From assembly GCF_044704955.1 (NCBI RefSeq), contig NC_091988.1, positions 145,576,001-145,640,000 on the forward strand: a stretch of DNA of 64,000 bases, written 5' to 3'. The notes under the pieces were generated by a model. The model did no database searches and had not been told where the DNA came from. It saw only the letters and a program-made list of their open reading frames with translations. Within the stretch, counting starts at the first letter, position 1. Every line of letters starts with the position of its first letter. Positions 50,813 to 62,250 of this stretch are shown here, piece by piece. The position numbers and the translations under genes are program-made. Source of the DNA: Pristiophorus japonicus. Lineage: Eukaryota.

Positions 50813-52099
50813 CATAGTTGTATAATGTGGCCAACAGTATGATATAAATATATTCATATATCATGCTGGTCATAATTCTCTTGCATTCATAACTTCTAAT
50901 TGGTAAAATTTATCTTTGAACTGGACTGATCTTGACATATCTTGTTGTTGAATATGAAGTTTTCATTTGTTGCACAGCAGCTTATGTGTAATTTCATAAA
51001 TTATTTGTAGCAGAAGAAGCAGAGCCAGAACTTATTACCAATGCAGCATATGACGGGCAACAGATCATTGTGCTGCTGAAATTACATCTAGTCATGCCTT
51101 ATTTCAGGAGCTTAATGAGTCTAAATGGTTCCATGAGCAACAGATATCTAGGGGGGGAAATGGGTAAGGTACTTGATGAATACTTTACAGCTGTCTTCAC
51201 AAAATAGGGGAACGATGCCGGCATTGAAGTTAAGCAGAAAGAGAGTGAAATATTGGATGGGTAAATATAGTAAGAGAGAAAGTATTAAGGGGTTTAGCAT
51301 CTTTGAAAGTAGATAAATTGCCAGGACCGGATGAACTATATCGTAGGCTATTAAAAGAAGCAAGGAAGGAAATTGCGCAGGCTCTGACCACCATTTTTCA
51401 ATCCTCCCTGGCTACAGGAGTGGTGCCAGAGGAAGGAGAACTGCTAATGTTGTACCATTGTTTAAAAAATGAGGAAGGGATAAACCGAGTAATTACAGGC
51501 TAGTTAGTTTAATCTCAATGGTGGGCAAACTATTGGAATCAATTCTGAGGGACAGTATAAACCTTCATTAAGAAAGACACAGATTAATCAAGGACCGTCA
51601 GCGTGAATTTGTTAAGGGAAGGTCGTGTCTGACTGACTCGATTGAATTTTTTGAGGAGGTAACGAGGAGGGTTGCTGAGGACAGTACGTTTGATGTAGTC
51701 TACATGGATTTTAGCAAGGCTTTTGACAAGGTCTCACTAGGCAGGCTGATCAAAAAAATAAAAGCCCATGCGATCCAAGGGAGAGTGGCAAATTCGATCT
51801 AAAATTGGCTCAGTGGCAGGAAGTAATGGTTGACGGGCGTTTTTTGCGAGTGGGATGCCACAGGGCTCAGTACTTGGTCCCTTGCTTTTTGTAGTACATA
51901 TCAATGATTTAGACTTAAATGTAGGCATAATAAAGAACTTTATTGGCCATGTGGTTGACAGTGAGCAGGAAAGCTTTAGACTGTAGGAAGATATCGATGG
52001 ACTGGTCAGTTGGGTAGAAAAGTGGAAAATAGATTTCAATCCGGAGAAGTGTGGGGTAATGCATTTGGGGAGATGCAACAAGGCAAGGGAATACACAAT

Positions 52100-52781
52100 G
52101 GGGCAGAAATCCCGGCTTCCCAGGCCCGTATGAAGTTTCTACGGACCCGGGAAGGCATCGGAAAAGCCGGTTTTCAGCATGCAATGCGCATGCGCTGAAA
52201 ACCGACTTTTCCGATCTGTCAAGCAGCTTGACAGATGTATCTCCACATCTCGGACATTCACATGGGCAAGATTGCGGTATTTACCCATATTTTGCCCAGC
52301 GCATAGCCTACTTTTACAGGAGTAAGAGTTTTAAAACATAACAAAATAAAATTTAATAAACACATTTTATTGTTTAAAAACCCTCCCCACTACGGTAAGT
52401 TTATTTAAAACAACTTTTTAAAAAATCTCTTTTTTATGACATTAATAACTTTTTAATTTAAATTAATCTTAAATATGTAGTGTATATTTTCTATTTTTTA
52501 TTGGTGTTTTGGTGTTTGGGGCTGTTTCTCAATCATAATGGGAATTCCTACTTATGGAGTTCCCATTATTATGAATGAGAAAATACTGTACCTTGATTGG
52601 CTGCCCAGAGCTGTGTGACTCCAGCTTACGGATGTCGCGCCATGCATGCGCTGCGACGCACGGAGTGAAGGCCTCAGGATTGGGATCTCGAGTGGGCGCA
52701 GCAAGAACAGGTAAGTGTGCATTTTTTTTCCCTTTTTCAGTTGTTTGTCCTCTGGAAGATCTCGACCGGGATTTCTACGCC
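52100..52781. mobile_element. Harbinger-type MITE, 682 bp
   Basis: TIR GGGGCAGAAATCCCGG / CCGGGATTTCTACGCC. TSD AAT. Removing it restores CR1 EYTINGGILRGVEEQRDLGV. Confidence 0.88.
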
Positions 52782-53280
52782 AATAAATGGGGGGATACTG
52801 AGAGGTGTGGAGGAACAGAGGGATCTTGGAGTGTATGTGCACAGATCCTTAAAGGTAGCAGGACAGCTCGATATGGTAGTAAAAAGGCATACGGAATGCT
52901 TTCCTTTATTAGCCGAGGCATAGAATATAAGAGCAGGGAAGTTATGTTAGAACACTACAACACTAGTTAGGCCACAGCTAGAGTACTGCGTACAGTCTGG
53001 TCACCACATTACAGGAAGGATGCGAATGCACTGGAGTGAGTGCAGAAGAGATTTACGAGGATGTTGCCAGAACTGGAAAATTTTAGTTGTGAGGAAAGAT
53101 TGGATAGGCTGGGTTTGTCTTCTTTGGAACAGAGGAGGCTGAGGGGATATTTAATTGAAGTGTACAAAATTATGAGGGGCCGAGATAGAGTGGATAGGAA
53201 GGACCTATTTCCCTTAGCAGAGAGGTCAATAACCAGGGCATATAGATTTAAAATAGTTGGAAGAAGAATTAGAGGGGAGA

Positions 53281-54861
53281 TAGAAACATTGAAATTTACA
53301 GTGCAGAAGGAGGCCATTTCGGCCCATCGTGCCGCACGGCCCTTGGTCAGCAGCCCTAAAGGTTACATATAAACCTATGAACAATGGCGGAAAGGCAAAG
53401 AGTACCCAGCCCAACCAGCCCGCCTCACACAACTGCGACACCCCTTATACTGAAACATTCTACACTCCTCCCCAACCAGAGCCATGTGATCTCCTGGGAG
53501 AGGCAAAAACCAGATAAAAACCCAGGCCAATTTAGGGAGAAAAAAATCTGGGAAAATTCCTCTCCGACCCATCCAGTGATCGAAACTAGCCCAGGAGATC
53601 ACCCTGGCCGTACTCTCTTCCCTGCAGTACTTACCATTATATCTGCGCCATCCAACAAAAGGTCATCCAGTCTAATCCCAATTACCAGCTCTAGGTCCAT
53701 AACTCTGCAGGTTACTGCACTTTAAGTGCCCATCCAACCATCTCTTAAAAGTGGTGAGGGTTTCTGCATCCACCACTCTTCCAGGCAGCAAGTTTCAGAT
53801 CCCCACAACCCTCTGAGTAAAGAAGCACACCCAACCTCCCCCTCCCGCCCTTCAAATCCCCTCTAAACCTTCCACCAACCACCTTAAAACTATGCTCCCT
53901 CGTAATAGATCCCTCCACCACTGGAAATACACCCTTACTATCCACTATGTCCAGGCCCCTCAATATTTTGTACACCTCAATGAGGTCTCCTCTCAACCTC
54001 CTCTGTTCCAATGAGAACAAACCCAGCCTATCCAATCTATCCTCATAACTAAGATTCTCCATTTCAGGCAGCATCCTAGTAAATCTCCTCTGCACCCTCC
54101 CTAGTGCAATCACGTCCTTCCTATAATTCAGTGACCAGAACTGCACGCAGTACTCCAGCTGTGGCCTAACCTAAGTATTATACAATTTAAGCATAACCTC
54201 CCTGCTCTTATATTCTATGCCCCGGCCAATAAAGGCAAGCATTCCGTATGCCTTCTTAAGCACCTTATCCACCTGGCCTGCTACTTTCAGGGATCTGTGG
54301 ACAAGCACTCCAAGGTCTCTTTGTTCATCTACACTATTAAGTGGCCTACTGCTTAATGTGTATACTCTTTCCTTATTGGCCCTCCCAAAGTGCATCACCT
54401 CACACTTCTCTGAATTGAATTCCATTCGCCACTGCTCTGTTCACCTGACCAATAGATTGATATCCTCCTGCAGCCCATGACTTTCCTCTTCATTATCAAC
54501 CACACAGTCAAATTTAGTTTCATCTGCAAACTTCTTAATCATACTCCCTATATTCAAATCTAACCCCACTGGAAACGTCCTTCCAGTCACAAAAACATCC
54601 ATCAATCATTACCCTTTCCTTCCTACCTCCAAGCCAATTGTGGATCCAACTTGCTACTTTGCTCTGTATCCCAAGGGCTTTAACCTTTATGACCAGTCTA
54701 CCATGTGGGACCTTATCACAAGCCTCGCTAAAGTCCATGTATACGTCGTACGCACTACCCTCATCGACCCTCTTGGTTACCTCCTCAAAAAATTCAATCG
54801 GGTTAGTCAAACACGATCTTCCCTTAACAAATCCATGCTGACTGTCCCTCATTAATCCTAA
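53281..54861 (-). mobile_element. CR1 LINE of a distinct subfamily with a long (~450 bp) 3' UTR
   Basis: RT ORFs 54535-54933, 54171-54425 and 53745-54146. 3' UTR ~53281-53700 with an internal inverted repeat. Confidence 0.85.
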
Positions 54862-55759
54862 TGAGGGAAAAAAAATCACCCAGAGGGTGGTGGGGGTCTG
54901 GAAATCACATTTAAAAAGTACTTGGATGTGCATTTAAAGAACTGTGACCTACAGGGCTACGGACTGAGTGCTGTAAGGTGGGATTGGCTTCTTTTGTGAC
55001 TGGCACAGACACGATGGGCCGAATATCCTTCTATGTCGTATTTTTTCTATGATTCTATAAGAGTTTGGAGTGCTGACTGACAAGAGTCCGAGCAGATGAT
55101 ATCATCCCACCAGTTCTACCTCCATTCATATGTCAGGTTGCAAGGGGCGGACACAGGAACTGCCTTCAATCCTGCCCCAGAAACCCCCCCAGAGCTTCTC
55201 AAATGTAGTGAAGACCCAACATAACTGGATTCCAACACAAATTCCACTGCCACCTGTGCTGACTGCCCCAAATCCACCTCATTTTCATGGTCAATATTTT
55301 TGAGCTGAATATATTTTCTTGAAACAGCACACTAGGGGGAGCTTTGGAGCTAACATTAAACTGTTGGATATTTGTAATTATAAGTTGACTACTACGAAGA
55401 ATCATACAGGCTGAATTAAATATAACAAATCCTGCTCATAATGAACAGCCGGTTTTAATGATCCCAATGGCAAGACCCGATTTTTTTTTTTTTCCAATGG
55501 AAATCAGCCCTACTACAACGAACATTTAAGCAAGATCGACTTGGCTACAATGATGGAATTCAAGCTGAGGCTAATTGAAAGATAACTAATTGCAGTGCAA
55601 ATCCCACCTGACTTATGCATTCGTTGCCTATTAAGGCACATCTGCACACAAACTGAAATGTTGCAATGGGTGGCAGCAACTGTAATTAGGAAACAGGCAC
55701 ATGTGTGAAGATGGCGAGTAAGAGATTTTCTTCGTCTCTGAAAACAACAGTTCAAATAC

Positions 55760-56042
55760 CCAGGGGGCATAAACTTAAAGTAGTTGGTAGAAGGATTATA
55801 GTGAAGAGGAAGGGGAAAAAATTCACCCGGGGATGTGGAGGGTGGGGGTCTGGAACTCTCTGCCTGAAAGGGTGGTAAAGGCAGAAACCCTCATCATATT
55901 TAAAAAGTACTTGGATGTGCACTTAAAGAGCCATGACCTACAAGACTACAGAAGTGCTGGAAGGTGGGATTAGGCTGGGTAGCTCTTTTTCAACCGACAT
56001 GGACCGACCGAATGGTCTCCTGTGTGGTAATTTTCTATGATT
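55760..56042 (+). mobile_element. CR1 3' fragment
   Basis: Similar to 54862-55060. Ends ttttctatgatt. Confidence 0.75.
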
Positions 56043-56059
56043 TGGACCATAAAAGAAAA

Positions 56060-56407
56060 TTGCAAGACACAAACTGCAAAGAACTCAGCTTAGCAAAGAG
56101 CACTGTTACAATTATGTAGGCCAACAGAGGAAACATTCAGTCTGCTATCATCGAAAAACATTGATCCAGAGAAAACATCCATACTGTGACTCATGCAGGT
56201 CTTGATGAAGGAGTCCATCGCTGGTTTAAAACAGCCAGAGAGAGCAATAGAACATTATTGAATCAGGGAGATGAGGGCATGGAAGGCAAAGAGCAAGTTA
56301 CCCCTTCACTGGATGAGTTTAGCAAGGCATTGCCTGGAACTGAGGATCTATTTGGACTGGTTAACAAGATAAAAAAACGTGCATTGAGAAAAGCAAGAAT
56401 AATATGA
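56060..56407 (+). pseudogene. Decayed pogo/Tigger (CENP-B-like HTH) transposase fragment
   Basis: Frameshifted KELSLAKSTVTIM.ANRGNIQSAI followed by HAGLDEGVHRWFKTARESN...GLVNKIKKR, resembling the Tigger N-terminal HTH motifs. Confidence 0.55.
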
Positions 56408-56764
56408 AACAGTGTACAATGTATAGCTCTTTTAACATAAAGAACTAATGTTTCATTCAAATTGGTTATTTCTTTATTTTAAGATGCAGCAAATCGCCAA
56501 AAACTATTAGAGTGAACACCCTGATCTAAAGGATCTATTGGATACAAGCCGGTTCATTATAATGAAGTTCGCATATATACAATATATTGAATTCAATACA
56601 TAAAAGAAAACCAACATTATTAAGTATGATAAGATAACTTTTAGTATAAGAGCATTTTATCAAGCTAATCCTTTCACTTCTGCTTGCCTCAGTCTCATAA
56701 AGTGGGATGTGAAAGTCAAATAGAGTCTGCAGGAAATTGCAATATGACTAGAAACTTGTTCAAA

Positions 56765-57160
56765 AGAAAAATACTGCAGATGCTGGAAATCTGAAATAAA
56801 AACAGAAAATGCTGGAAATACTCAGCAGCATCTGAGAGAGAAATAGAGTTAATGTTTCAGGTTGATGACCCTTCGTCAGAGCTGGAAAAAATTGGAGATG
56901 TAACAGGTTTTAAGCAAGTGCAGGAGCAGAGGAAAAGGAAGGGGAGGAAAGGACAAAGGAGAAGGTCTGTGATAGGGTGGGCAGCCCCAGTGATTAAATG
57001 ACAAAAGGGATGGTGGTGCGAGGCAAAAAGTGATGGTAATAGGACAAGTAAAAAAATAAAAGATGGGTCTAGAAGAGGTGTAATTAGGAATATCAGAAAC
57101 ATCAACAGCTGCCATCTGAATAAAGCATCAAAAGCTACCGTTAGAAACTTGTTGCCACCT
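56765..57160 (-). mobile_element. Penelope-like element terminal region with a hammerhead-like core
   Basis: Minus strand reads ...ccagctCTGACGAagggtcatcaacctGAAAcattaactctatttctctc.cagatgctgctgagtatttccagcattttctg, a recurrent shark repeat end (family assignment from memory). Confidence 0.6.
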
Positions 57161-59239
57161 TTTGGTGCAAATCTGCACAAATGTAATTGGAGAATTTCAA
57201 TTGAACATTTTATAGAATGTAACTTAACCTATTTTAAAAGGATGCATTAATTTCAATACAGTTAAACTGTTGAAACTGGAAAATCATTGAAATGATGAAA
57301 TGGTTTGTTTTCATCACTAGTAATGTGTCTGTTAGGATGCTGTGGTAAATGCTTCTTATAGCTACTTTTTATGATATAGAAGCCTAACATGATCTTTTCA
57401 CATTTTATGGTTATGTGTGTCTAAACTTTAATCTGGGAGAAGGTTTAATTTTACTATTGAGAGCATTATCTGCAGGGTTGCAAACTATTCCCAATCCAGC
57501 TAAGGATATCAATGGAGATGCACAATACCAACAATAACCAGTAGATGTCAGCCTTGGCAGTATCTGAAAACCAATAAACCTATTCCATACCAGCAACTGT
57601 AAAATATATTCCATTCAGTATAATGAAGTAATCCAGTTTTATTAAATAATCACTGTTCAGATCCAATTGGCAAAGCTTATTTTGTCAGTACAAATAATTC
57701 ATTAATTGATTAATTCTGTGAATTTCCCAACTTTTACAACATTGAAAAAATCTGTGATAATTAGTTATTAAAACTAAATTGTTGCAACAAAAGATGGGAA
57801 TAAGGAAAATAGCAAAGAAATATTTGTTTTAACTCAACTGTGATTCCATCTCATTAACATAAAACTCAGATTATTTGGATTATTTTATAAACATAATTGA
57901 TTAAAAGATATGCATTTACTGGCATGAAGTACCTCATTTATGCATAGTGTATTTTGGACTATAGAAATGATTGTACTGAGTATGAATGCCACTTCTGAAT
58001 TCTGCTCTGATATTGAAAATAGAAAATCATTCTGGAGCATTATTTTGTAATCTGTAAATTTGATTATTTCAATATTCCATCAATATTAAAACATTTTGAT
58101 CAGTCTGACATGCACAGATACCCATCACTATGCTTCATAGTTTCCAAAACAAACTATTGAGAAATCCGTATAGCAGCGTTTCTGTTGCCTGATATGGGGT
58201 GCACATTTCCCTTGTAGGTACATACCCAAGGTATCTAAACCATGCAGCTTACCAGCACAAAGCACTGGTAAGTTTCCTGCTGCTTGTCCACTTATGACCT
58301 GTTGGAGCATTAGGTTCCATCAATGAGCCAGACTGCTAGCCAATCATCAGTGACAGCATAGAGCACACATACACACACGCACACACAAACAAGCTTTCCC
58401 CTAGCTGAGCATCAGAAACTGAACATTTTGAGTTTAAAGCTCTCAGTAGGCAGACAGTGGGTAACAGGATCATCTCCATTAAGTATATGAGTCCATTGTT
58501 GTCATCTGCTCAGGATAGGGTGAACACTACTATACCACACTTGGGAACTGCCAACATTCTATCCCCTGGTCAGTCCATTGATGAAAATGGCAAATGGAAT
58601 GAAATCGACTCCCAATGAGCGTTACCAGCTGAATTCTGTCAGAAATGCCTGAAAATTCCCTTAGCTTGCCATCCAACACATGGCTGATGAAGACATTGAC
58701 CAATATGATGGACAATCTACGATCTTCCCTCGCTGATCCTTTGACTGAGAATGTTGTGTAAAGCTATAAACTGCCCTGTCAATTCCTCATGAAAACAAAA
58801 TCCAGTCTCCTGCTTTATAGCGACAGGCCACCTCTTAGTAACTTGAAATGCCATTTGCATCTTAGCAATGAAATGATGCTAAATATTAAAGAACCAACAT
58901 TGTAATTGAACTGCAACATACACCATTTTATATTTACATGCTTGCCTTTTCAGAAAACCAGATTTCTGCACGTTTTAAAAAAATGACATTGGACGCTGTT
59001 CGAGAATAATCATATATCCCTAATGTGTTAATGAAGAGATAGCTTCGTTAAACACCCTTCCTTTAACTAGTATTTTCTCCTTCGTTATATACAATCCGAT
59101 TTTAGAAAAAGTTAATACTAGCCTAATTAAATCGTTATTCTAATTATACCATTTAAAGAAACTCCTTGGAATGCTAATCCATTTTAACAGGTCCTCCGTC
59201 CAAATATGGACGAGATGCCTTAAAAGGGTTGCTCGCGGT

Positions 59240-59630
59240 TTCTGCTGCCACCTGCCATGAATAGATGTTTGACGTTATAGTGTCAAATTCTGGTGGTATC
59301 TGAATGAAAAACAAAGAACATCTTTAATAATACCGGGATTATCTGAAGATGCCTTCGATAATCCGGATTTTTTTTTGTGCAATGCTGATTCAATGGGTTT
59401 ACGTGGAATCTCCTCAACCACCTGCCCTAAAGGCACGGACTTTCTCTGCAGTTCTATCCACTCGAGCCCAAGTGCCCCACCTTTCACTGCCTGCACCTGT
59501 CCTGAAGCGCCTGTCTTATCTGTCTTCGCACCTGGATGACATCAGCAGCAGCACGCCAGGCAGGTGCATCCTGTCCCGACACGTGGCTCGGAGCCTGGGG
59601 ACACTGTCTTAGAGGAAATCTGACTCACAA
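59240..59630. promoter_or_regulatory. Candidate SNAI1 upstream enhancer/silencer (E-box cluster)
   Basis: CACCTG at 59249, 59419, 59494 and 59529; CAGGTG at 59561; CACGTG at 59580; TGACTCA at 59621. Confidence 0.45.
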
Positions 59631-60899
59631 CAAGCCAGTGTTTTGTTTGTCTGCATGGAATTTTGTACGTGCCAGCAACTCCAAAGAAGCATCACTTACT
59701 GTTCTTTAAACAAGCAAGATGGGACTTGCGTGGCATCCTTAGTATTATACACATTTTGCTCTTTAAATTTACGCTGTAAGCCGAGTAAGACAATAATACG
59801 ACGCCTATTTAGCTTGCACAATCTTCAGTTCAAAAACTTGAATTCGTGTTGGCAGAAAATTAAGCACTTAAATTTTACAAGGATAATCTGAAAGCGTCTC
59901 GCATTCAAAATCACGCGCATTAAACCCATTGTTCTGCCTCCAGCAAACTGGTCTATATCCAGCAGATCAGACAGCTTGTCCAGTTCTGGGTCACTTTATA
60001 TTTAAAGTAAGATGAAGAACACAGTTCGCTTTTCCAGTCTCAAGCACAATTGCAGCATATAACAAGTGTCTGAGATGTATTTCGAAAGGTTCTCACCCAT
60101 ACATTAATGTTATTTTAAAATAATCGAGATCTGCTATTGAACGGGACAACCCTGCACACTGTGGAGCTGAGCGGCGTACAGGGATACCCGCCTGATCCGG
60201 GCTCCTGCAGCAAATTACCTGCCGAATACAAATGTCCTTCATTGAGATTTATAATTTTGTGCAGTTGCCAACGGAGGGAGGGGTGGCGGCGCAGCTCTCC
60301 AGCGCATCTGTGCGCAATCGCAGCGTTCGCGGATTTACGCCATGCACTGCACGCCTCGATTTACAATTTCGGATTTTTTTTAAAGGAATGTAACATATGC
60401 AGTTACGATTCTCAAACCAAATAGTGAATGCCCATCGCTTTGTGTCGTATTGAAGTTCGAACAGAGTCCTGGCAACTTTTGAATGGAGATTTGACAACGT
60501 GACAATTGACACAGGACTGGTTCAAACCCACCAACAATCAGCAAGTTGGCGGAGAACTGGACTGGGCTCATCGGTGGACCAGTCACCAGACCAATGCAGT
60601 CACTGATGTCTTGCCTTGTGCAGCATTAAGCATCTCGCGTTTGAAATTAAAATCCTGAACAATATTTGAATTCTGGTTATACACAATCAACTTGCTTTTA
60701 GCCATTCCTCTCTTTCATCGTCCATTGAACCTTAAGACCCGAATCCATAATCTGCGGTGAAATGCCTAGCCTAATGAATATCAGTGAGGGGCAATTTGGA
60801 GCTCGTTCTATCGCTGAGCGGCTGTGAACTGTTGCTCCTGTGCTAAGCGCTTACTCGGGCAGACAATGGATTTCGATCGGTCCGTTAATGTCAGCCAGT

Positions 60900-61199
60900 C
60901 TTTCTCGGGGAGTCTGTACTGAGATGCCGAGGTTCGCAGCTTTGTACAAACACCTGTTGGGCTAAAGCTCCTCCCCGTCTCTCGGCTTCCCCTGGTGCCT
61001 CTATCCGATTGGATGGCCCTGGGACAAATGCAAGCCCCCCCTCCTCCTCCAGCCGTTTCCACGACCCAATATTTACACCAGATCGCGCACATTTTGCGCA
61101 AGTGGTCTCACTGCGTTAAAAGGACGAGGTGCATTCAATCGGTGCACTCGCTGCTAAAACAGGACTTGGAGAATTTAGGCAACCCGCAATCTCATCAAG
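60900..61199 (+). promoter_or_regulatory. SNAI1: SNAI1 proximal promoter / 5' UTR
   Basis: E-box CACCTG (60951), inverted CCAAT box TCCGATTGG (~61004-61012), C-rich tract, TATA-like TTAAAA (~61116) and Inr-like CATTCA (~61132). Confidence 0.65.
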
Positions 61200-61278
61200 A
61201 TGCCCAGGTCCTTTCTCATCAAGAAGCATTTCTCGACCAGCAAAAAACCCAACTACAGCGAGCTCGACAGCCAGACAG
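61200..61278 (+). CDS. SNAI1: Snail family zinc finger 1, exon 1 (SNAG domain)
   Basis: MPRSFLIKKHFSTSKKPNYSELDSQT. Donor G|gtacag, phase 1. Missed by the ORF track. Confidence 0.96.
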
Positions 61279-61713
61279 GTACAGGGACTGTGTGAGACAA
61301 TCACATGGGCGACATTTAGCATCTGTTTTCCGGTTCGCCACAAATGATATTTTGAATTGTTGCTGTAACTATGCATGTAGTTTATTGCAGAATAGTGAAA
61401 TGACAATGCAGATTCAGCACGCTGCCAAGTGCAAAGGGGGTTTTGGATTGAGTGAGCGGAGTGCAGCCTTAATAAAGTTAGGATTAGCAAAAAAAAATCG
61501 TAAAGCCTTTGCTTGGGGGCATGTTAATGTGACTGTTCGATAGGCAACATCGATACGACATGCACATATGTTGTTCCGATTTATTATGCGATTTTTGAAA
61601 GTAAAAACCCCAAATTTGATCAATCTGTGCGCCGTGTGTTAATGTATTTGTGGCGGCGGTTTTGAGCAGCTCGATCTATTCCCCATTCATTCATGCTCAT
61701 GTTTTCCTTTCAG

Positions 61714-62250
61714 TGATTATCTCTCCATTCCTTTATGAGAAGTACCCGATCCCAGTCATCCCTCAGCCTGAAATCCTCAGTGCCGGAGCTTATTACCCCA
61801 CCATCGTGTGGGACACGGGATTGATCTCAAGCCTTTGCTCTGCAGAAATCGAAACGAACCTTTCCAGTAAGAAAAGCGACCCCCCTTCGGCGGACACCCC
61901 CAAACGGCGCAAACCTCACGACCTCGCCTCCCTGTCGAGCGAGGAAGAGGACGGGAAGACATCGGATCCTCCCAGCCCCGACTCCTCGGCGACAGAAGCC
62001 GAGAAGTTCCAGTGCAATCAGTGCAACAAGTCCTACTCGACTTTTGCCGGACTCTCCAAGCACAAGCAGCTCCACTGCGAGACCCAGAGCAGGAAATCCT
62101 TTAACTGCAAGTACTGTGAGAAGGAGTACGTGAGTTTGGGAGCCCTGAAGATGCACATCAGGAGCCACACGCTGCCCTGCGTTTGCAAAATCTGCGGCAA
62201 GGCTTTCTCCAGACCCTGGCTGCTGCAAGGACACATTCGCACACACACTG
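61714..62250 (+). CDS. SNAI1: SNAI1 exon 2 (Ser/Pro-rich region, zinc fingers 1-3)
   Basis: Acceptor tttcag|. ..[69 protein letters not shown]. Donor G|gtgagt. No Slug domain; SNAI1-type residues; synteny with RNF114. Confidence 0.95.

Larger units (their letters stand above)
51150..55060 (+). mobile_element. Degraded CR1 LINE interrupted by a MITE (52100-52781) and an antisense CR1 (53281-54861)
   Basis: RT fragments 51303-51503, 52717-52923 and 53040-53280. 3' end resumes at 54862. Confidence 0.85.

Noticed and set aside
60995-61543. 182-aa ORF overlapping SNAI1 exon 1, and the antisense 197-aa ORF at 61827-62420
   Set aside because: These are alternative-frame or antisense shadows of the GC-rich SNAI1 exons, with no recognisable domain.
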